Of a DNA stretch of 64,000 bases, positions 56,201 to 63,725 are shown one piece after another. Position 1 is the first letter of the stretch. Each line of letters opens with the position of its first letter. Made by a program: the position numbers and the translations under genes. The DNA is from Chthoniobacteraceae bacterium (GTDB lineage: Bacteria; Verrucomicrobiota; Verrucomicrobiia; Chthoniobacterales; Chthoniobacteraceae): assembly GCA_044338075.1 (NCBI GenBank), contig JBIIMJ010000003.1, positions 81,500-145,499 on the forward strand, given 5' to 3'. The notes under the pieces were generated by a model. It made no database searches, was not told the DNA's origin, and saw only the letters and a list, made by a program, of their open reading frames with translations.

Positions 56201-57509
56201 CGGAGGTAAGGGCGGCGGTTCGACGAATTTGAAGCTGACTGTCGTGCATGACCAGAGCCATGAGCATGGTGGCGTGATTCCTGCCTATGCGGTCGCTGAC
56301 ATTTTCCTCGGCAACGGCGGGAACGGCTCGGCGGGGAACGGAGGAGATGGCGGCACATTCACTGGCGGACGATTCGTAGGCATCTCAAGATTCGATCCCG
56401 ACGTGCTCGTGGCTCCCCCAAATAATGCAAATTTGACACCGCTACGCGTCACCAGCGGCAGCGGCGGTAACGGCTCAGTTAAAGGTGGCGCAGGTGGCGG
56501 TGTTGCGGGCCTCGTTGCGAATAACGCGCGATTCGGCGAACTGGATTCGAGTTCCGATTCCGCTGCTATTTTCATCGGGACCACACTGCTTGAAGGTGCG
56601 GAATTCTACGGCGGGAACGGTGGGACGGGCGGGACCGGCGAAGGAGGAAAGGGCGGTGAAATTTCCGGCCTGAGCCTCGGCGTGCAATTCGGACTGCTCT
56701 ACGCAATCGCAGGTGATGGCGGCGCGGGCGCCAAGGGCGGCGCGGGCGGCGCGGTGAAATCGAGCACGTTAGCGACTGTTTCGAGCGTGTTCGACAACGC
56801 GATCGTCGTTGACGCTGGCGATGGTGGTAATGGCATCACGGCAGGCGGTGTCGGCGGCGCTTTGTCGGGACTTACTTTCAATGCTCCCACAGGCAGATTG
56901 GATAATATGGGTGTGCAGACGACACTCGGCGAACCCATCGTCCTTTTCGCCGGTAGCGGCGGCACTGCCAGCGGGGCAGCCAGCAAAGGCGGCGCGGGTG
57001 GAGATGTGAACGGCATCGCTCTTACGAAAGATATATTCAGTTCCATCAGTGCAATCATCGCTGGCAATGGTGGTGACTCCACCGGCGCGGGCGGCTTTGG
57101 CGGCAAGGGTGGAAATGTTTTGAATGTCCGCACGGTAGGCTTCATCGGCAAACCGACCGATGGCGTCACGAAACTTGGTGCGTTCAATGAGTTGGATCAT
57201 GAGCAGGGACTCTTCGTGGGCCGCGGTGGCGCAGGCACGACTGCGGGTGTGAATGGCAGCGTGACCGGCGTGGTCGCGCGGCAGATCTCTGCGATTGGCG
57301 CGGCGGCGAATGCTTCGGGTATTTTTGCCGCTGCCGAAAAAGTGAGCAATGTGAAGGCGGACCTCATCGGCTACGATGTGGATGGCCTCGGCACATTCGA
57401 CGGCGCGTCAGCCAGCCCCGGCACCGGCAAACCGCTGGATGGCTTCCTCCTCGCGAAGGTGCTCAGCAACGTAACGGGCAACCGGGCCGCGTTCACATTT
57501 ACGGCATAA
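53229..57509 (+). CDS. 1426-aa Gly-rich repeat / FG-GAP-like putative surface protein
   Basis: N-terminus MKRPIRSSIEPLESRIAPA. About 17 degenerate (A/T)G(N/D/S)GG-x(3-8)-GG-x-GG units in two blocks. Two FG-GAP/VCBS-like loops (ADFTGDGVDDLLIV, ADMDHDGKLDIYV). Coherent composition over the full length. Confidence 0.8.
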   Translation: MKRPIRSSIEPLESRIAPAILVNGPNLLGTGNPATGEMSLGDNSVTLVKVLAGQVIVWYQDGNIASVSFGQGANFQITGDVLGDIVGNLGPDGRLSDSDGDPVNGEDGNILLPNDLAGLKTTQFATQKGGFRYLITGGSAANLNINGQIEGIYTGDGVFDAESDALNAGNVVSSIGFDVNPLTAGIQNEFTFTKTSALMKAGAGLKNAVIGIGKELEIFTGGGNPSGAAPDPLKAGAPGGDITNITIKSAFLDSQSNGSTPSYYLKTGSGADGKTGGKGGDIATVVEESSVGNVFFTAGNGGAGSGGKGGNGGSLRLLEMRSDSTRYEFHAGNGGNGAPAGAGGSLITSNFTNLTTTGGIIRSADFTGDGVDDLLIVDTATGKMVIMKNDGTGTNFTPIVQHVENNVDEIFITPSGSTPSDVAIADMDHDGKLDIYVSYKNDNSVGIFNNQGGGSFFNTIVGTYSVQKFNYLFTPSFIIPAEFGGSSGLDYMLVEVRPGKTIVHQVVSILSVDLSSEIWEVGADLGIYPSEATTIAYGNDPRNLNVFIGFKDGHVGSIRGGALLLYDTGLAVPGGVGQLALDFGEQVLAAVGSSGRDLRVFNVSGTDLVTLNAPALPATGKATVVHFTHDADASTPDGLSVLFSSGGSSRIDQFSVTSGPDPLNPALTWSAPLSLASLNPLKNFVTVNASDAFQGYAALGAALNQVSFSLNGADFADFSLPFTGKRVFLFGGDGGTGIDVGTLAGKGGAGGSIIGLNAIATDVSLTAGQGGDANNGGGGAGGSVTNQATLITPSGQLVVPKVEAETTLVLIAGNGGSPLGTGGKTASGGAGGGINGMTASLKTGELSVTAGVGGNGKGAVGGAGGSVSGGTFFDKGGNLIVTAGDGGDATVGKFAGGAGGSILGLKYTLLSDDDAEQIESNYSAEITAGNGGDSTGGAGGAGGFAQNTTIVVDPPDRSYENPLAAPPKTDAHVDSTFRFSLTTGDGGNGIVGGKGGGSTNLKLTVVHDQSHEHGGVIPAYAVADIFLGNGGNGSAGNGGDGGTFTGGRFVGISRFDPDVLVAPPNNANLTPLRVTSGSGGNGSVKGGAGGGVAGLVANNARFGELDSSSDSAAIFIGTTLLEGAEFYGGNGGTGGTGEGGKGGEISGLSLGVQFGLLYAIAGDGGAGAKGGAGGAVKSSTLATVSSVFDNAIVVDAGDGGNGITAGGVGGALSGLTFNAPTGRLDNMGVQTTLGEPIVLFAGSGGTASGAASKGGAGGDVNGIALTKDIFSSISAIIAGNGGDSTGAGGFGGKGGNVLNVRTVGFIGKPTDGVTKLGAFNELDHEQGLFVGRGGAGTTAGVNGSVTGVVARQISAIGAAANASGIFAAAEKVSNVKADLIGYDVDGLGTFDGASASPGTGKPLDGFLLAKVLSNVTGNRAAFTFTA

Positions 57510-57522
57510 AGCCGCGCTTCAT

Positions 57523-58560
57523 TTACGACGACACGGGCGCGGGGAAATGCCCCAGCGGCTGCACTTCGTTGCCGGGCAGAGGCCACACTTTTTCCTGGAT
57601 GCGCGCTGCGAGCGGCTTCGCATTTGCGTAAGCGTTTGCGAACATTTCCAGCTTTGCGTCGAGATTGTCTACATAGTGGAGTGCTATCGCTTCGGGCGTC
57701 TTCGGCACGATGGGACTGCCGAATTGCAGTTCGCCGTGATGCGAGGCGATGAGATGGAGCAGGTGCAGGCGCACATCTTCGCTCGCCGGATCGAGCGGGA
57801 GCCATGTCTTCCACTCGTCGCTCGTTGTCATTTTTCGCCAGAGGTTGTTCACCAGTTCAATGCCGATGGTGATGTGACCGAGCAGTTCTCCAGTTTCGTT
57901 GTAGGGCATCGTAAAGCCCTCGGCGGGCAACTGGTTTTCCCACATCTTCCCGCAATCATGGAAAAGCACGCCCGCCACGAGCAGGTCGCGGTTTAAATGC
58001 GGATAGACTCCCGCGATAGCGATGGCGGAACGCATCATCTGCGCAACGTGCTCGACCAGTCCCCCGCGACGCGCGTGATGATTATTGCGAGCTGCAGCCG
58101 CACGGCGAAAGCGCTCACCAAACTCCACGAGAAATCCCCTGCTCAAAGCAGCGAGGCGGGGGTCGGTGAGAGCCGCCACGCTTTGCTCGATAAACGCAAA
58201 GTCGTCAGCCTGTTTGTCGCGCAACGTCGGCGAACCGGCTAGCAACGCATCGCGCTCTTCGGTTTTCAGTTCTCGCACCGTCCAGCGACTCGATTCGATG
58301 CCAAATTTGCTACTGGAGAAATCGCCCGCTATTTCTACAAAGTCGCCCGTGCTCGTGCGCTCGCAAAACGAGAACGCGGGCGAATCATTCCAAGCTTTAA
58401 GTGAAAATCTCGCCTCTGAGTCTGCGAACGCCACTTCGAAATAGGGTTTGCCGTTGCTGGCATCTTTGCGGGTGAGGGCTTCGATCTGGGCATGAATGCG
58501 GGCCTCTACGCGTCCTTCGGCTGCGGCGCGTTTTACTTGGGCGATGGGGAGTATTTCCAT
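57523..58560 (-). CDS. OB-fold + HD-domain phosphohydrolase (YhaM-like 3'-5' exoribonuclease family)
   Basis: N-terminal OB-like region (GKPYFEVAFADSEARFSLKAW) and HD domain motifs HHARRGGLVEH and VLFHDCGK. 345 aa. Confidence 0.75.
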   Translation of the reverse strand: MEILPIAQVKRAAAEGRVEARIHAQIEALTRKDASNGKPYFEVAFADSEARFSLKAWNDSPAFSFCERTSTGDFVEIAGDFSSSKFGIESSRWTVRELKTEERDALLAGSPTLRDKQADDFAFIEQSVAALTDPRLAALSRGFLVEFGERFRRAAAARNNHHARRGGLVEHVAQMMRSAIAIAGVYPHLNRDLLVAGVLFHDCGKMWENQLPAEGFTMPYNETGELLGHITIGIELVNNLWRKMTTSDEWKTWLPLDPASEDVRLHLLHLIASHHGELQFGSPIVPKTPEAIALHYVDNLDAKLEMFANAYANAKPLAARIQEKVWPLPGNEVQPLGHFPAPVSS

Positions 58561-58746
58561 ATCTGCGTCTTTTCAGCGATAGACGCGCGGTGTCGAGGCG
58601 AAATACTAACGAGAAAATCACTTTCAAAAAATCATTTGCTGCGCATCAATGCAGTTACATAGTAAATGCAATCCCTAGGCGCACCTCTCGATACCCAATT
58701 TAGAATCCGCAACTTTTCACCCATAACTCAAGTCCTTAAAATCGCC

Positions 58747-59523
58747 ATGCACTCACCTACTAAACGCTCCGCCTTCTCGCTTGTCGAAATGCTCGTTGTC
58801 ATCTCCATCATCGGCATCATCGGCGCTTTTGCAGTGCCCGCCGTGAAGGGTATGCTCAAGGGCTCAGGCTTGAATACAGGGGCCAATATGCTGTCGGATG
58901 AGATCGCACTCGCCCGCCAGCACGCGCTCACCAAGAGCCGCATCGTGGAGTTTCGTTTTTATCGCTTTGCTGATCCTGAAACGCCCGGCGAAACCGTGGC
59001 TTCCCCGACATCTTGGCAATTCCGTGCATTCCAATTTTTCGAGATTTCAGACTCCGGCGATATTTTGCCCGCCGGAAAATTCAAACGCCTGCCCGATGGG
59101 ATCGTGATGAACAAAGGATACATAGGATCAAAGACCGCCACGTATAAGGACACAACACTTTCCTCCTTGCTGGGCGATGAACTTATTGCCAATGCCGAGA
59201 ATCCTTCGAATCCCGAAAAATCGCGCGCCGTTCTTAGCGCGAAGTTGCTGCCGAAAGACCCGGAACTGCCTCGCGGGGTAAAAAAGAACTACGACTATGT
59301 CTATTTCCGCTTTATGCCCGATGGAACTACCTCCCTCGCACCAAACGGATCAGGCACCACGGCAACTGCAGGCGGAAAGTGGTTTGTCACACTGCACCAC
59401 ATTACAGATAAAACCGAAACGCCAGGTTTAAACCCTACGCAACTAGCACCTGCAAACTTTGTGACTTGGATGATCGATCCTGTGAGCGGCACGTCCAAGC
59501 TGCTTCGCCGGGGATTGAAATAA
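58747..59523 (+). CDS. prepilin-type N-terminal cleavage/methylation domain protein (GspH/FimT-like pseudopilin)
   Basis: KRSAFSLVEMLVVISIIGIIGAFAVPA with Glu at +5, followed by LSDEIALARQHALTKSRIVEFRF, which resembles GspH/FimT minor pilins. Start at ATG 58747. Confidence 0.8.
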   Translation: MHSPTKRSAFSLVEMLVVISIIGIIGAFAVPAVKGMLKGSGLNTGANMLSDEIALARQHALTKSRIVEFRFYRFADPETPGETVASPTSWQFRAFQFFEISDSGDILPAGKFKRLPDGIVMNKGYIGSKTATYKDTTLSSLLGDELIANAENPSNPEKSRAVLSAKLLPKDPELPRGVKKNYDYVYFRFMPDGTTSLAPNGSGTTATAGGKWFVTLHHITDKTETPGLNPTQLAPANFVTWMIDPVSGTSKLLRRGLK

Positions 59524-59545
59524 CGGAAGCCAGAAAATCTCCCCG

Positions 59546-61912
59546 TTATTTTTTAACGTCAGTAATTTTGGCCGCTGAGGTGGGTTTTTCTACGCGCAGA
59601 ATTCCGCCGCTGGCGATGGTGCTGCCCATCGGCTCTCCATCACGCAACAAGGTAAAAGAGGCGAAGAGCGTCTTGTGCTGGCCAATTTGTGCCTTCGCAT
59701 CGGCAGTGATTGCAAACTTCACCTCCTTGTCGTCCTTGGTAATTTCGTGTTCATCGGCGCTGATGCCTTGAGGCAAGCCGACGAGGGCGACTTTCGCCTT
59801 ACCATCGAACGCGGCTTTTTGATCGAGCTTCAGCGTCATGCTCCCTGTGCTGTTTTGCTCCACACTCGTGCGCACAAGCGTGCCGGCGACGAATGGCGCA
59901 GCGACTTCGAGATCGAAAAGCTCACTGCTGATCCAAACCGTGCCTTTGCTCATGGCTGTGCTGCCGATGACGCAGGTTTTCCACTTCTTGGCAGCGGCGG
60001 TGCCATTCGCGCTGAGAGTGATGGCTACTTCGTTTTGCCCTTCGGGAATGGTGACAATACCCGGTGTGCCGATGCCGGTCGGTGCGTAGAGTAGCTGGAT
60101 TTGTATCGGGCCTTTGTAGAGCGGCTTGCCTTCCGCGTCGTTCTTGCGCTCGGCGATGACTTTCAAATTCATCGAACCATTTTGAAAGACAGGCGCTTTT
60201 GGTTGCGTGACGCTGAGCGTAACTGGCACCTCATCTGTCACCGCAATGGCCAGTGTGTTCTCGGTGATTCCGTAGTATGCACGCTGGTTGCCATTCTCCG
60301 CGACCTCGACGCGGTGCTCGACCTTGGAGACAACATTCACACCATCGTTTGGAGCAGCGAGTTTTGGCAAAAGCTCAAATGTCCGATGCGCCGCCTGCGC
60401 ATCGGCAGTGGCGGCGAAGACGACAGGCACTGCGTCCACCGACTTGTCCATTTTGACCGTGCTCGCAGTAACGCCGGGGGGCAGGTCGTTCGGCTCGATG
60501 ATCACATCACCGCCGACATCCACACGCTTCACGCGCAGAAGTGTGGCGTAGCGATTTCCCTTTGGCACCGGCACTGCGCGGCGCTCTTGCGAACTGTTCT
60601 GCACCGTCTCGGGGATGTAGCTGAGCAGCTTTTGCTGCACAGCCTGCGCTTCGATTCGATAGATGAAAAGCGGCCCGCCGCGCTTAAGATGATCCCGCAC
60701 GGTGAGGAAAAAATCTCCGTCCTCGGGGGCAGTCCAGCGAAGGTAACTGTCTGGCCCGCCTTGATCATCATTACCCCCGACATTTGCGCCTTTGGAATTT
60801 TGGATGTTGATGACCGTATCAATCGGAGAGCGCATCTCACGCGAGTGGCTGGTGAAATCAAACATCTGCCCCTTCTTCGCGCTAAACTTATAAAAATCCA
60901 TGTCTTCCTTCGTCTGGATGATTCCGTTAAAAGCCAGTGGCAGCGGCCCCGTCGCAACCGTGGCCATAGTGATGTCATTATTCGGCTCAGCGGCTTCGAG
61001 CACATTTGGGAAATCTACGACACGCAGAAAATTCGGTTGCGGCGCAGTGATCCCGTCCTTTTGCGCGAGCAATTCGTAGCGCGAATCGGGTGCGGCGGGC
61101 AGCGTCACCGTCTGCTCAAATATTCCGCCAGCGTCGCCGAGCATCATCACTTTCAACGCCGTGCCCGCCTGCCCTCCAGCGGGAAATGCGACCATCGGGC
61201 GCGGATGACTACCGATGTGCAGGAGGTAATTGCTCGAACCCTGCGTGCCGTTCGTCGCCTCGCGCAGTGTGACACGATATTTTCCATCCTCGGGAGCAAT
61301 CACGCTGACAGCGGGATCCTGCTGCGTGAAAGAACAGTCGTCCATCGCCACAAGCACCGTGCCGTCCGGCTTGGCGATGCTCAAATGCGGATCAAAAATC
61401 TGCTGCTGCGAAGACGAGAGTCGCACACCAACCACCTCCGCACTGAGCCGTTGTCCTTTTTTGAGATCCACCTCGTAACGATCCTGATCCTCGCCCGGTG
61501 CACTGCCGTAAATCGTCACGCCCAATGGAACACTCTGCGTCTTGCCGGAGTCTCCTTTTTCCTCATCCGTCTCCTTCAGTAAAGGATAGGGGGTCACATA
61601 GAAAAGACGGACATCCGAGATGCCGGAGGCGGTCACTGCACGAAATGCATATTCGCCAATACGCGCATCGTGAGCGACTTTGAGTTTTGCGGTGAACTTT
61701 TCCTTTTCCGCTGCACTCATGCCGACGACTTCGATCCCAGGCTGGTCAAACAATAGCGTGCGTGCGTCATCGAGCCTTGCGCCTTTGACAACGACTTCAA
61801 TTTCCGTTCCTCGCTGCGCAGCCGCAGGCAGGATGGAGGTCACGCTGGGCGACCCCGCTCGCGCAACAGCGACAACAAAAATGATCGCAGCGAAAGTGGC
61901 TTTAATTTTCAT
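59546..61912 (-). CDS. secreted multidomain protein with two PPC (pre-peptidase C-terminal)-like domains
   Basis: Signal peptide MKIKATFAAIIFVVAVARA. PPC-like blocks: GEDQDRYEVDLKKGQRLSAEV...PEDGKYRVTLRE and EPNNDITMA...DMDFYKFSAKKGQMFDF...APEDGDFFLTVRD. Ig-like beta-rich remainder. Confidence 0.7.
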   Translation of the reverse strand: MKIKATFAAIIFVVAVARAGSPSVTSILPAAAQRGTEIEVVVKGARLDDARTLLFDQPGIEVVGMSAAEKEKFTAKLKVAHDARIGEYAFRAVTASGISDVRLFYVTPYPLLKETDEEKGDSGKTQSVPLGVTIYGSAPGEDQDRYEVDLKKGQRLSAEVVGVRLSSSQQQIFDPHLSIAKPDGTVLVAMDDCSFTQQDPAVSVIAPEDGKYRVTLREATNGTQGSSNYLLHIGSHPRPMVAFPAGGQAGTALKVMMLGDAGGIFEQTVTLPAAPDSRYELLAQKDGITAPQPNFLRVVDFPNVLEAAEPNNDITMATVATGPLPLAFNGIIQTKEDMDFYKFSAKKGQMFDFTSHSREMRSPIDTVINIQNSKGANVGGNDDQGGPDSYLRWTAPEDGDFFLTVRDHLKRGGPLFIYRIEAQAVQQKLLSYIPETVQNSSQERRAVPVPKGNRYATLLRVKRVDVGGDVIIEPNDLPPGVTASTVKMDKSVDAVPVVFAATADAQAAHRTFELLPKLAAPNDGVNVVSKVEHRVEVAENGNQRAYYGITENTLAIAVTDEVPVTLSVTQPKAPVFQNGSMNLKVIAERKNDAEGKPLYKGPIQIQLLYAPTGIGTPGIVTIPEGQNEVAITLSANGTAAAKKWKTCVIGSTAMSKGTVWISSELFDLEVAAPFVAGTLVRTSVEQNSTGSMTLKLDQKAAFDGKAKVALVGLPQGISADEHEITKDDKEVKFAITADAKAQIGQHKTLFASFTLLRDGEPMGSTIASGGILRVEKPTSAAKITDVKK

Positions 61913-62058
61913 GGGCGGAGAGATGATGACTTAGGGAGTAATACAAGCGGATGTGAGGTCTTAGTCGCGACGAACTGTGCGGAAAAGGCTCAAAGTCATT
62001 CGCACGGCCCGTCTTTCTCCTTTCCAGCACCGCTCACATTCCCGCAACCTCCACGATC

Positions 62059-63300
62059 ATGCTCCGCCGTGGCGTGCTGCTTTTCCCGCTTCTTATCCTG
62101 ATTGCCGGTGCTTCGCTCATTCGCGAGGCGGCAATCGGGCTGCTCGTGCAGGCGGAGGAAGCGTGGAGCGGCGTGCTGGCACAGCGCCTCGGCAACAACG
62201 GCGCCACATCATCGGTGACGCTTGTGGAAATCAACGACGATACACTGACCAAACATTCGTGGCCATGGGTTGTGGAGGACTTCGCGCTGTTTTTTAATGC
62301 CGCGCTGCCGTTCGAGCCATCTGTTGTTGGCATAGAGCCTGTGCTCGCCTTTGAGCGTGGAGTGCTCGCGGGTGGCGACCGAGATGAGGTGCAAGAGCGG
62401 ATGCTCCACGACGGAATCCTCCGCGCTCCAAAGCTAGTCCTAGGCGGGCGTCTCGGCTGGTCGCAGGAGTCTGATTCCGTCCAGGCCGTTCAGCCCATGC
62501 CAGTGCTCCGCCATGTGCGCGGCGACCTGCGCCGGGTGCCCGAGTTTGTCGCCGTCGAGGCATGGGCCGAGGAGAACTACCGGCTTTCCACACAGCCCGG
62601 CTGGGTAAATCTCCCGGAGATTCCCGGCCCACGGGGAAAATGCCCGCTTGTTTTCCGCTATCGCGGACAGCCAGTCCCGTCCATGGCACTTCAACTCGCG
62701 ATGCTGTGGGAAAAAGTCACGCTTGATGAAATTGAAGTCGTCCTGGGTTCCCATATTTCCATAGGCCCACGCGTTCGTGTGCCGATTGATGACGCAGGCC
62801 GGATGCTCGTGAATTTCGGAGTTCTATTTACGCGAGCAACTTACGACAACCTCGTGCTCACACGCGAGCAGACAGATAAAGGCGAGGCCACCGCCAGTCC
62901 TCCGGATTATTTCAAAACCAAACTTCTCTACCTCGCGCGCACCGACCCATCAGCCCGCACAATCATCACACCCGTGGGGGAAAAAATCTCATCCGGCGAA
63001 TTTACCGTAGCAGCCCTCGCAACCATACAATCTAACGCACATCCGCACCGCGTCGGCGAATGGTTCGACTGGCTGCTTGTTCTCGTAGTCGCCTCGGTTT
63101 CCCCATGGCTCACGCGCGGAAAAGCGACGCACATGGCTTTAATTGTCGTCCTCACAGAGGCCGCTTATCTCGCCACTGCGGTCTACATTTTTAAGGAGAA
63201 ACTCATCGCGTTGCCAGCAGTCCTCCCATTGGGCCTCGCGCTGTGGCTGCTTTTGTTGCGCATGATGGCAAAACGCGCCCAGCGCGTGATCGCTTTCTAA
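62059..63300 (+). CDS. stand-alone CHASE2 sensor-domain membrane protein (no output domain)
   Basis: N-terminal TM. VTLVEINDDTLTKHSWPWVVEDFALFFNAALPFEPSVVGIEPVLAFE matches the CHASE2 opening motif. Three C-terminal TM helices. The protein ends 15 residues after the last helix. Confidence 0.7.
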   Translation: MLRRGVLLFPLLILIAGASLIREAAIGLLVQAEEAWSGVLAQRLGNNGATSSVTLVEINDDTLTKHSWPWVVEDFALFFNAALPFEPSVVGIEPVLAFERGVLAGGDRDEVQERMLHDGILRAPKLVLGGRLGWSQESDSVQAVQPMPVLRHVRGDLRRVPEFVAVEAWAEENYRLSTQPGWVNLPEIPGPRGKCPLVFRYRGQPVPSMALQLAMLWEKVTLDEIEVVLGSHISIGPRVRVPIDDAGRMLVNFGVLFTRATYDNLVLTREQTDKGEATASPPDYFKTKLLYLARTDPSARTIITPVGEKISSGEFTVAALATIQSNAHPHRVGEWFDWLLVLVVASVSPWLTRGKATHMALIVVLTEAAYLATAVYIFKEKLIALPAVLPLGLALWLLLLRMMAKRAQRVIAF

Positions 63301-63336
63301 TCGAATTCGGGGAGCCTACGCAATACGCGCTAAAAA

Positions 63337-63576
63337 TCAGCGGCGTCTGACGAGCGATGCACTCTGCCGACGACTTTTCAGGTGATAAGGTTGCACCGCT
63401 TCGGATCGCTCAAGCAGTTTACGTTTAGGCCTGCTTACTTCGAGTCGCTTCGTGCTCAGCAAAGATGAGTTCTTCAGCTTGTAACTTCCAAGATTCGCTC
63501 TTTTGGGATTGTAAGACTGCACTGCTGAGGCATCAGAAACACCAAGGAACTGGAGCAGTATGAACGCGAAAATCAT
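63337..63576 (-). CDS. possible small basic secreted protein (79 aa)
   Basis: MIFAFILLQFLGVSDASA signal-like N-terminus, then a K/R/S/L-rich sequence. Visibly lower GC than the surroundings. No homology recognised, so this is a weak call. Confidence 0.3.
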   Translation of the reverse strand: MIFAFILLQFLGVSDASAVQSYNPKRANLGSYKLKNSSLLSTKRLEVSRPKRKLLERSEAVQPYHLKSRRQSASLVRRR

Positions 63577-63725
63577 CGTCCATCGGCGCAGTTGAATGCT
63601 TCGCAGTGCAGGTGTCATTTTCAGAATGCAGGTTCACCCTAAGTGCGGAGTTCCTGAATGCAATATGAACTTCACTCCGAACACCAAGCACGTCTTGGCT
63701 GCGCGTCGGCTGCTACCGGGCGAAT

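Noticed and set aside
53841-57187. Several antisense or off-frame ORFs inside the giant Gly-rich gene (for example 53841..54890, 55613..55990, 56699..57187), some strikingly Pro-rich
   Set aside because: Their PPAPP-type sequences are simply the complement of GGN-rich Gly codons. None has an independent start context or motifs.
60101-61582. 493-aa plus-strand ORF opposite the PPC-domain gene
   Set aside because: It is Arg/His/Leu-rich with no signal peptide or motifs. The minus-strand product has a signal peptide and two PPC-like modules.
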